Below are positions 10,841 through 19,283 of a stretch of DNA of 64,000 bases, piece by piece. Position numbers and translations under genes: made by a program. The notes beneath the pieces are model-generated. The model had not been told where the DNA came from, made no database searches, and was given only the letters and a program-made list of their open reading frames with translations. Origin of the DNA: a bacterium (GTDB lineage Bacteria > Hinthialibacterota > Hinthialibacteria > Hinthialibacterales > Hinthialibacteraceae); NCBI GenBank assembly GCA_963662285.2, contig CAXXMV010000003.1:160001-224000 (forward strand), given 5' to 3'. Positions within the stretch are counted from its first letter, which is position 1. Each line of letters begins with the position of its first letter.

Positions 10841-10865
10841 GGGCGCCCACAAGGAGCGCCCCTAC
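10841..10865 (-). repeat. GTAG-type REP-like palindrome
   Basis: Minus strand GTAG-GGGCGC-TCCTTGTG-GGCGCCC, between convergent genes. Confidence 0.55.
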
Positions 10866-10900
10866 GAGGGGATTGGGGGATTTGTAAGTATTACGATTTT

Positions 10901-10933
10901 CCCCTCACTTTTCCCTCTCCCGGTGGGAGAGGG
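10901..10933. repeat. CCCTCAC..CCCTCTCCC-N3-GGGAGAGGG palindromic intergenic repeat
   Basis: 9-bp inverted repeat CCCTCTCCC/GGGAGAGGG; degenerate relatives at ~60323-60448 and ~51954. Confidence 0.55.
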
Positions 10934-11005
10934 ATTTTGGTGTATGGGGTGGATCTTTGATGAGTCGATGAGGCGTGATCCATCCAATGCTATGGTGGTT
11001 GAAGA

Positions 11006-13191
11006 TTATTGTTTTGCAATTACAAATACTGATTGCAATGGTTTTAATTCCAGTTTGACTTTAGTTATATTAATTCCATCAATTTTTGAATATTCAGTTT
11101 TAGTTGAACTTATTTCTCCCGTATGAGGATTCCACATTTCGGGCATTAGGCGTCCACGGATTTCCGCTTGAGTCGAGACTGATTTTTTACCTAGATTAGC
11201 GAAGAAATAGATGTCGCGTCCCTGATACACTTTATGGATATAGCGCAGTTCTGCATGTGGTTTGAAAGTGACGTCATATACATTAGCCATACTATCCAAT
11301 GTTTTCCGCATGGTTTCAGCGGTTGGATTGTCCAGGAAAACCGCTTGGCCGCCCTGGCTATTGTTTGATATTTTTGCATCGCCGGGGAATATCTCTTGGA
11401 TTGTTTTTATTACCTGCTGGTCGCATCCGAATTCTGCTGATTTTGATGGTAATACGCCAGTGGCAATAATCTTGCCTCCCTGGTCGTAGAATTGTTTGAT
11501 CTTTTTAAGATTGCTCCAGAATATGGTTTTGTGCGCTGGTACAATCATTACCATGTAGGATTCATGATTAATTGGATTATCGAGAACAAGCGTATCATCT
11601 TCCATGCGGCATTTTTCATTCAAGACCTCTGGATGGATAAAGGTGAAGTCGCGGCAGACCTGGGTTGATAGCAGCTCGCTTATATCAACATAATCGGCTT
11701 CGGGGACTTCGACGCCTCCCTTGTAGTGCCCCAGTGAACCATCCAGGTAATGTCCCGCCTGTAGGGTGGCGATGGGATACAGCACGGCGATATCAGCGAT
11801 ATGTCGGCCATGATTTTGCAGCATGACATTGAGGCGGCTGACGTAGCGGTTGTATTGCGTCAGTCCATCTGCGTACTTTGGATGCCTCCAGGATAGTTCC
11901 GGCTTAAAGGTAACCTTGGCGTCATCGTACCACACAGCGTGGGGTATGATCTGGTTGATGCCTTTGGTGTATTGCTCCATGGCTATGGTATATATCTCAT
12001 CCCAACTTATATCGCCCATGGCGCCGTAGGTTTCGGACATCACCAGGGCTTTATCCCAGTTGTAGGCTGCGGAACTTATGATCTTGTAAAAACGCTCCGC
12101 CGGGCGGTCGCCGCCTATCTTATCCACTCCGGGAATATCCTGATACTTGAAGCATTTCATTAAATCTCCGGAAACGCTGACTGGATTAATAACCTCTTCC
12201 TGATCCTGATGACCAGTGACCGTAATCCCATGTTCATTGCACACTCCTGAACTACTTTGGGGAATCCTGCGGCGAATAATTCTGTGCGGAAACCTAAGAG
12301 ATAGTTACGCGCCGCCTGGGTTTGCTCTCCGATATCGTACCATAGGGCGGGGTAGTATGGCGCCGGATCGAAGCCATGAGCGTCTTGAAATTTTTGATTG
12401 AATTCGCCCGTCCAAATACGTCCTTTAGCCCGGTACATGGTTGTTTCATCGAAGAAGGTTCCGTCAATTGTCGTTCCGAAATATTCCTTAAAATGGTCAT
12501 AATAGGCTTGATGGGTCATTTGCACGAATTGAGAGACGGCTTTTGGATCAAGGTAGTCGACATTGGGATCGCCGTCTTTTACGCATAGAAAAAGCATCAC
12601 TTTCCAGGCGCCTGATGGGGCAGTCCATTCGATTTTACCTTTTTTGACCAGTTTTGTGATATCTATGCGTTGTTTGGTCTTCATATCCATCGCCACGACG
12701 CTCATTAATTTTCCCTGAGGAATATCAGTGGAAAACGGGCCAGGGCCGCTGATATCCCATTCGTGTTTATCCAACCGTTTGATGGTTGAATCCGGGTGAA
12801 GATTGGCGAATCGGGGGATGCCGTCGCCGTTGATGGCGCCGGCGCTGCCGCTGGGGAAGCCGTATTCATCATAGATGCACATGGTCATTCCCAGTTCTTT
12901 GGCCTGTTGCAGCGCTGTGCGGTAAATATCGAAATAGGCTTCGGTGAGGTATTCAGGCTTAAAATCCTTTCCAAAGGGCAGGATGCCGAAACCGCCATAG
13001 CCGCATTTGTCACGGCTGAAGCGCATTTGTTCAATAATACCCTCAGTGGTAACGGTAGTGTTATTCCAGAACCACAACGGACGTGTGGCGTATTCCAGCG
13101 GAGGATCGATAAAATCCTGTTTTATGTCTGCGGCTTGTGCGATGTTTATGGTTAATAGTAATAAGATTATAAGACGTGGTATGATACGCAT
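11006..13191 (-). pseudogene. GH106-like secreted glycoside hydrolase split by a 1-nt frameshift (pseudogene or sequencing error)
   Basis: ORF 12160..13191 (signal peptide, FIDPP..RPLWFWN, YDEYGFPSGSAG, FFDE) joins ORF 11006..12244 (GH, DIPGVD, SETYGA, KGINQIIPH, EMWNPHTG) if one G is restored at ~12242, giving VVQE-W-CNEHGI. Confidence 0.8.
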
Positions 13192-13312
13192 GAAATCACC
13201 TTTATTTTAAGCATGTTAGAGTAGTTGGCATTATAACGGTTTATTTTCTCATATTTGCATGATATAAGTCAACTTGTAGGCGGGCGCCAATGATAAAAGG
13301 ATTATTTTCGAC

Positions 13313-14578
13313 ATGACTGATAAAAATACATTATTTTCCATTGTGCTTTTCATTGTTGTCTTCGCTGTTTGTTCACCGAGTTATTCCAAAACCATCGTAA
13401 TTCCCGGCGATGCCGCTTCTGTTCAGGAAGCGGTGGATTTGGCGGCGGATGGCGATTTGGTTCTCATCCAATCCGAGGCGGTGGATTTGTGCGTGGAGAA
13501 TTTCGTGGGCGGGCTGCGGATCGTCGGCAAGGAAATTACCATTTCCGGGAGGTCGGCGGAGAATAAAACCTTGATCAACGCGCAGGGGATCGCGCAGATG
13601 TTTGGGGAGGAGTATCCCTATCCCCGTTCTTCCCGCACGTCATCGATCTGGATCGAGGACGCAAGCGTTACGATGCGTGGGCTGCGAATGTCCGGCCCCT
13701 TGAAAATCGTGGGGGGAACTGCGGCGACGGCCTGTTATTACGGCGCTCCCATCTACGTGGAATCGGGCTCCCTCTGTCTGGTTGACTGCGATCTGACCTG
13801 CAACATCGAAAGCCGTTCCAACCTTCGCATCGAACGCTCGTCGATTCAGGGCTATTCATATCAAGACGCTCAATATGACGCGCAGAATACGGACGAACCC
13901 TGTTTGAGCGTACTCGGCGGCGAGAGGATCATCATCGATATCGTCGACTCGACCGTTGATTGTAATAACGACCGAGGATACAACGGCGTTCTTTTAGAAG
14001 GATCGTCCGGCGCTGAATTTTACCTATTGCGCAGCGTGATACGAGGCGGGAGTTTTGACGACTCAACCGCGAACCGAGTTGCGATTCCGTCCAAAAAGGG
14101 TGGTTACGGATTCACCGTTCGAGATTGCGAGAACATTCGACTCGCCTTTGACGACGGAAAAGTTTACGGGGGAGAAGGAACACCGATGAACGGCCAATGG
14201 ATGTCGCAACATCAAGACGAATCCGAACTGTACGCCGGAAATGGCGGCGAGGGGCTGATGCTGGAAAGGTCGACTGGTTTTCTGGAAGGAGGAACCTTCA
14301 TCGGTGGTAATGGAGGAAACAGCACGCCGATGTTGGAGAACCATGGGTTTAGGATGTATATGATACCGGGCGGCGACGGTGGTTATGGGATATCGCTGCG
14401 GCAATCTCGCTTGTCCTATGGTAACGTTATGGCTCAAGGCGGCAGCGGCGGTTTGAGCGTTGTTTATGAAGGGATTCAGTTGCCAGCGGGGAATGATGGG
14501 GAGAGGTGGCTTGTTGATGATAGTTCGGAAGCGATTCCGCTTAGCGGCATTGTGGATTGGACGTTATTATTTAAATAA
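13313..14578 (+). CDS. Secreted Gly-rich hypothetical protein, probable right-handed beta-helix, with C-terminal DW tail
   Basis: Signal peptide; IVIPGDAASVQEAVDLAADGDLVLI (typical start of pectin-lyase-like beta-helix proteins); repeated GG(N/D)GG turns; ends SGIVDWTLLFK. Confidence 0.7.
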   Translation: MTDKNTLFSIVLFIVVFAVCSPSYSKTIVIPGDAASVQEAVDLAADGDLVLIQSEAVDLCVENFVGGLRIVGKEITISGRSAENKTLINAQGIAQMFGEEYPYPRSSRTSSIWIEDASVTMRGLRMSGPLKIVGGTAATACYYGAPIYVESGSLCLVDCDLTCNIESRSNLRIERSSIQGYSYQDAQYDAQNTDEPCLSVLGGERIIIDIVDSTVDCNNDRGYNGVLLEGSSGAEFYLLRSVIRGGSFDDSTANRVAIPSKKGGYGFTVRDCENIRLAFDDGKVYGGEGTPMNGQWMSQHQDESELYAGNGGEGLMLERSTGFLEGGTFIGGNGGNSTPMLENHGFRMYMIPGGDGGYGISLRQSRLSYGNVMAQGGSGGLSVVYEGIQLPAGNDGERWLVDDSSEAIPLSGIVDWTLLFK

Positions 14579-14650
14579 AAGAATTTAGTAAATGTTCAGC
14601 GTAAACAGATTATGTTCGGATGAATTCCGAAAATCGGTCTTCAAATAGAA

Positions 14651-14685
14651 GCGTTAGAGCCTCGGTTAGCCTGACGCCTTTTTTT
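14651..14685 (+). terminator. Probable intrinsic terminator
   Basis: GCGTTAG/CTGACGC stem followed by a T7 tract, downstream of the 13313 gene. Confidence 0.5.
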
Positions 14686-14809
14686 GCTCTGGATAAACGG
14701 AAAAATCTATGCGGATGTTTTTTAGTTTGGGATGGGTGGAGTTTATGAAGATTTGGTGTTCACGTTTTGCTGTAAATCACTGAACCCCTTACGTTGAGTA
14801 AATAAAACA

Positions 14810-14837
14810 CAAAGGGGATTAATTTCCATCCCCTTTG
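14810..14837 (-). terminator. Intrinsic terminator of the DUF1080 gene
   Basis: CAAAGGGGAT/ATCCCCTTTG perfect 10-bp inverted repeat with a T-rich tail on the minus strand. Confidence 0.65.
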
Positions 14838-14866
14838 CTGGTAATAGTCTTATTAGATATGTGCGA

Positions 14867-15565
14867 TTAATCGGTGATCGGTTTGTAGAAGATGTTGCGG
14901 TACATAACTTGGCCGTGGTTGCCTTGGAGATAGGTGGGCCCTTCTTCGATGACTTGGCCGCTTAATGCAGATCCTGTCACGCCTTCGATTTCGACATTGT
15001 CAAGAATCCTGGTTCCGTTATGGAAGACGGTGATTCGGGGTTTCTTGATCGCTTTGCCATCTTTGGCTATGGCTTTGTGGAAAATTGCATGGAAGCACTG
15101 CCATTGGCCCGCTGGTTTCGAGGCGTTAACGCTAGCTGCTACTTTGTTGTAGATTCCGCCGCAATCGGTTATAGCCGGTTTTTCTTTTCCATAACTGTCC
15201 AGTACCTGAATCTCATACTGACCGATCAGATAGACGCCGCTGTTGCTGCCCTTGGGAACGAAAAACTCAATATATAGTTCATGGCTCCCTAGTATTTTGT
15301 CGCTTACCAAGTCGATGCCGTGTTTGCCTTCTTCCATTGGTGGGATATTGATCAGCACACCGTTGATCGAGGTCCAACTCATGATGTGGCTGTCGTTGGG
15401 TTTCACACGGGTATGCCATCCTTCAAGTCCCTTACCTTCATACAAGGATTTCCATTCGCCGCCTTTGGGAGGAGACGTTAATCCTTGATTTTCCGACGCC
15501 ATTACAGCGGGGAGAACCAATGCCGTAATTAATACTGCCGCGAATAACAAATATACTTTTTTCAT
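14867..15565 (-). CDS. Secreted DUF1080 (3-keto-disaccharide hydrolase family) protein
   Basis: WKSLYEGKGLEGW, GSNSGVYL, YEIQVLDS, GGIY, GQWQ, LQGNHG..YRNI. Start moved to MKKVYLL at 15565 (GAGGA SD, signal peptide). Confidence 0.85.
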   Translation of the reverse strand: MKKVYLLFAAVLITALVLPAVMASENQGLTSPPKGGEWKSLYEGKGLEGWHTRVKPNDSHIMSWTSINGVLINIPPMEEGKHGIDLVSDKILGSHELYIEFFVPKGSNSGVYLIGQYEIQVLDSYGKEKPAITDCGGIYNKVAASVNASKPAGQWQCFHAIFHKAIAKDGKAIKKPRITVFHNGTRILDNVEIEGVTGSALSGQVIEEGPTYLQGNHGQVMYRNIFYKPITD

Positions 15566-15738
15566 AATCCTCACCATTCTGATTTTTAGTAGAATCAAAC
15601 GTATTGTGAAATCATTACTTTGTACATAAAGGATAAACTGTCCCTCACTAATATTCAATCCATCCTGATATAATAAGACTTACAACTAAGTGCAATCTCG
15701 AACTGACTAACCTGCATGAATCTCTTTTGCCATGTGAA

Positions 15739-15959
15739 TCAATGTTGATGATTATTTTTTATTTGATCAACCAGGTCGAGAGTTAATTTGTATTCTTCCC
15801 TGATGCGCAATGTCTTGCGGATGGCGGAATAACTGCGCTTGATATTTTCTGAGCGTAATTGTTCTCGTATATCATCGGCGGAAGTGCTTTGGTTCACCCA
15901 AATGATATGAATCAGTTTGGTTTCCAGTCAGTTAATATGGATTTTGAAGGCCTTGGCAT
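15739..15959 (-). pseudogene. BlaI/MecI/CopY-family transcriptional repressor remnant (frameshift plus internal deletion)
   Basis: Translated by hand: MPRPSKSILTD, frameshift, then ETKLIHIIWVNQSTSADDIREQLRSENIKRSYSAIRKTLRIREEYKLTLDLVDQIK; AAGGA SD; wing and dimerisation segment missing. Confidence 0.65.
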
Positions 15960-16157
15960 TGGTTATCCTTTTATATGTTACTTAAGTAACGTTATATAAT
16001 ATGATTGTGGTTTTGTTAAGTTAAATTAAATATTTATTTTTTTAAAACTATAATTTACAAAATAACGTCGATGATTGTATGATAGACTTACTCAGGTTAG
16101 GTTTATTAATCTAATTATTGTTGATTATACGTTTTCAAAATTTATGGAGGAATTGCT

Positions 16158-17039
16158 ATGCCTCAGGAAACGGCTGGGATTAAGGATTTCTATCAATCGG
16201 TGTTGACTCATTTGGATGAGGGAGTGTATTACGTAGATAAATCCCGCCAGATTCTGTATTGGAATAAGGGAGCGGAACGGCTTTCTGGGTATTCACAAGA
16301 TGAAGTGGTAGGGATGTATTGCCATGATAACCTGTTAGAACATGTTGATGAGAACGGGGTGTGTCTCTGTTTGAATTCCTGTCCGTTAGCGGCGACTATT
16401 GAAGATGGCAAAAAACGTAAAGCCAATGTGTTTCTTCATCATAAAAAAGGGCACCGCGTACCCATAACCGTGCAAACGCTTCCAGTGCGTAATGCTGAGA
16501 GTGAAATCTTTGGAGCGTTAGAGGTCTTCTTGGAGAATCCCGAGAAGGTCAGTAATGACGACAAGATGAAGGAACTTGCCAAACTGGCTTTTTGGGATAA
16601 CTGTACGGGATTGCCCAATCAGAATTACCTAATGGTGAAACTCAAAGCCGTATTGGAAGATATGAAGCGATGCAAAACCCCATATGGCGTTATTATGGAG
16701 AGGATCGATAATTATACGCAACTGGGTGATTCATTTTCTAAGACTATTGTGGATCGCGTGCTCAATACCGCTGGTAATACCTTGCAGAGCAATATTACAT
16801 CATCCAGCGTTGTCGGACGTTGGGATCATCAGACTTTTCTAATCATTACGCCATCCATTAACTTGGAGATGATGGAAATGTTAAGTCGACGGTTGGCGCG
16901 TTTAGTGGAGCAATCTACCTTTACGGTAGATAAGAAAACAGCCAAGGGCCAATTGGCGTTCCGTTTCGCTTCGCTTGGAGAGGCCAGTAACGAAAAGGAA
17001 ATGCTGGAGCCTTTATTGCGTTTGCCTTATCAGAAATAA
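16158..17039 (+). CDS. PAS + degenerate GGDEF domain protein
   Basis: PAS (EGVYYVD..YWNKGAERLSGYS..Cys-rich); DNCTGLPN linker; active site reads GRWDHQTF instead of GG(D/E)EF. Confidence 0.8.
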   Translation: MPQETAGIKDFYQSVLTHLDEGVYYVDKSRQILYWNKGAERLSGYSQDEVVGMYCHDNLLEHVDENGVCLCLNSCPLAATIEDGKKRKANVFLHHKKGHRVPITVQTLPVRNAESEIFGALEVFLENPEKVSNDDKMKELAKLAFWDNCTGLPNQNYLMVKLKAVLEDMKRCKTPYGVIMERIDNYTQLGDSFSKTIVDRVLNTAGNTLQSNITSSSVVGRWDHQTFLIITPSINLEMMEMLSRRLARLVEQSTFTVDKKTAKGQLAFRFASLGEASNEKEMLEPLLRLPYQK

Positions 17040-17151
17040 TACATAAATCATATCTATAACTAAAATGAATCAGATAAATGGAGATGATAAAATGTTTTTT
17101 TATAATGATTAGGTTTCACTGAAGGGTGGAGTAAAGCTAAGCAAAATATTA

Positions 17152-17224
17152 TGAGGGATGTGGGGCTCGAACCCACGACCCTCTGCTTAAAAGGCAGATG
17201 CTCTACCGACTGAGCTAATCCCTC
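17152..17224 (-). tRNA. tRNA-Lys (UUU)
   Basis: GAGGGATTAGCTCAGTCGGTAGAGCATCTGCCTTTTAAGCAGAGGGTCGTGGGTTCGAGCCCCACATCCCTCA: full cloverleaf, TTT anticodon, CCA not encoded. Confidence 0.97.
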
Positions 17225-17312
17225 AATTATGCTTACAAATTAGTTACTACAAGGCGACATTATAATCTCTGATTGAGTTTAAGCCAGCCCCAAGAACAAC
17301 ATTTTGTGTATT

Positions 17313-17828
17313 TTATCTTCTGACAAAGCGGGCATCGCCCCAAATTGCATGATCGGAGTTTGATCCATCTCCCGCATCGAATGCTTCCAGCCTTAATTCG
17401 CCAATCCACTTTACGTTTACATCTACCCGGTAGGCAGGGGAATCAGCCTTGATAACAGGGCTTTTATATAGAATTACGCCATCACCCCAAACCAGAAAAA
17501 CAACCGAGGATGGTCCAACATCATCTATTTCATCACTAATACCAATATCGGCGACAAAATTAGTGTATCCCGGAGGCGTATAGAGTTTAATAATGCTGTT
17601 GGCATGCATGGCCAGACCTTTGGGGTAGGTCTTTTCGTTAATAATTAAACTCTTGTTTCCAATAGAGACATCTCGCAACGGTTCAGCCCAACTCCATGTG
17701 ACGACTTCCCAATCTTGTATATCGCTTAGATAGAGCTCTTTGAAGGGGAAACTCTGCCATACCACAACCAGTAACACGATGCAAAGCCCTAACAAAAGTC
17801 CGGTGCATATTTGTAAGATATTTTTCAT
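17313..17828 (-). CDS. Membrane-anchored NPCBM/NEW2 carbohydrate-binding domain protein
   Basis: N-terminal TM; YLSD..W, YPKGLAMHANS, F.ADIGI, SVVF.V.GDG, DGSNSDHAIWGDARF. Confidence 0.85.
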   Translation of the reverse strand: MKNILQICTGLLLGLCIVLLVVVWQSFPFKELYLSDIQDWEVVTWSWAEPLRDVSIGNKSLIINEKTYPKGLAMHANSIIKLYTPPGYTNFVADIGISDEIDDVGPSSVVFLVWGDGVILYKSPVIKADSPAYRVDVNVKWIGELRLEAFDAGDGSNSDHAIWGDARFVRR

Positions 17829-17938
17829 AGTTATTCTTCAGATAATATATAAATTTTTTTCTATTTCCATCATCTATTTAAGCCCTTTATTCGTCAAGCC
17901 GTAATCTCAAAATTTATTTTTTTATGATTAATAGTATT

Positions 17939-18742
17939 TTACTCATCAGACAGTGAGAGTTCTTTATCAATCATTTCCCGGTAATCAATTGATAGTTTCA
18001 GTCCAGCGAATCGTCCATATACGCGTATCAATTGATCTGTCTTAGTATCAAAATACAGTTTGGTTATCGACAAGCGGCGTTCTTCCAATTTTTGCGGCAA
18101 AGGTTCTGATTCCAAGAGGTAATGATAAGTAATGAGAAGGTACTCGTTCACTATCTCTTCTGAGAAGGGCGCCCCTAAATGCTTGATTATCTCATTGCGT
18201 TTAGGCAGTTGGCGTTTGAGTTTAGCCAGATTATCAATATTACCGTGTACCTGACGATTTTTCTTGTCTACTTTAGCGCCGCCCAGAGAACGTAAAGACA
18301 TTTCCAGAAATTCCGCTGGAGCGATTTGCATAAGAATGGGTGAAAGCGTTAACGAATGCATCATTTTTTGATTATTGAATTGCATCATGAATGAAATATC
18401 AGTATCTGATTGAGCGACTGGTAGATTGTTTGAGTCTAATTTCTTGAAAAGATATGTCCAACTCTCTTCATATCCCATTTTTTCTATTATTGATGGCGGC
18501 AACTTTGATAATGTTATAATATCTTCGTTATATATGACTGGTTTGTTAAAATGAGCGGTGAATGAATCTGTCACTTCAACTCTGACGAAGCGGTCGAAAT
18601 CGGCAAATTGTTTTTTTAATGACAGCAGACGAAGATAGACGCAGCCAGACAGGCTTAAGATTGATAAACCAAGTATGATTACAACTATACTTCGAACAAA
18701 ACGGCTCGATGGATATTGTGAAAGACGAGATGGAGACAGCAT
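17939..18742 (-). CDS. Hypothetical lipoprotein
   Basis: Hydrophobic stretch followed by an LSGC lipobox; GGAGA SD. Confidence 0.6.
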   Translation of the reverse strand: MLSPSRLSQYPSSRFVRSIVVIILGLSILSLSGCVYLRLLSLKKQFADFDRFVRVEVTDSFTAHFNKPVIYNEDIITLSKLPPSIIEKMGYEESWTYLFKKLDSNNLPVAQSDTDISFMMQFNNQKMMHSLTLSPILMQIAPAEFLEMSLRSLGGAKVDKKNRQVHGNIDNLAKLKRQLPKRNEIIKHLGAPFSEEIVNEYLLITYHYLLESEPLPQKLEERRLSITKLYFDTKTDQLIRVYGRFAGLKLSIDYREMIDKELSLSDE

Positions 18743-18869
18743 TAATACTCTCCTATTGTGCTTGCTTAAAATAACTTGATATTGCTAGTTTGCTTCAATC
18801 AATAAAAAGTTATACGATATATATAACGATTATATTCGGACTTTTGTAATAAAAAAAATGGAGACCATA

Positions 18870-19226
18870 ATGGTGGATGCAAAAACTCAAACCGGTTATA
18901 TAGTCAAACATAAAGATAACGTCGAACCTATCCCGTGTCCATGCGGTTCAAGTACGCGAATCATAACCAAAGATGATACTCCCATAGCTGGATTACATGT
19001 TACTCATATCCAGGATTCGAAGAAACATTACCACAAAAAGACTACTGAGATTTATTATATTTTAGAAGGCTCAGGTCATCTCGAAATTGGTGATGATAAA
19101 GTGGAATTAACTCCCGGTACTACCATCTTAATCCATGCCGGTACTCCACACCGGGGTTATGGTGATTTCAAGACTATTGTGGTTCCCATTCCGGCTTTCG
19201 ATCCATCGGATGAATATTTTGATTGA
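18870..19226 (+). CDS. Cupin domain protein
   Basis: HYHKKTTEIYYILEGSG and PGT..I.AGTPH cupin motifs; N-terminal CPCG. Start at 18870 (GGAG SD) or 18858. Confidence 0.85.
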   Translation: MVDAKTQTGYIVKHKDNVEPIPCPCGSSTRIITKDDTPIAGLHVTHIQDSKKHYHKKTTEIYYILEGSGHLEIGDDKVELTPGTTILIHAGTPHRGYGDFKTIVVPIPAFDPSDEYFD

Positions 19227-19283
19227 TATTGTTTAATGTAATCTTGGTAATGGCTCTAATCATATAGTTCACTGGAGGGCAAT

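Noticed and set aside
10830-11126. 98-aa ORF between convergent GH genes
   Set aside because: It is made of REP-like palindromes and antisense overlap with the GH106-like gene, and has no protein features.
12230-12255. Programmed ribosomal frameshift in the GH106-like gene
   Set aside because: There is no slippery heptamer or homopolymer run, and a simple 1-nt deletion explains the split.
17152-17224. tRNA-Lys as an integration site for a genomic island
   Set aside because: There is no integrase nearby, and I found no duplicated tRNA 3' end in the window.
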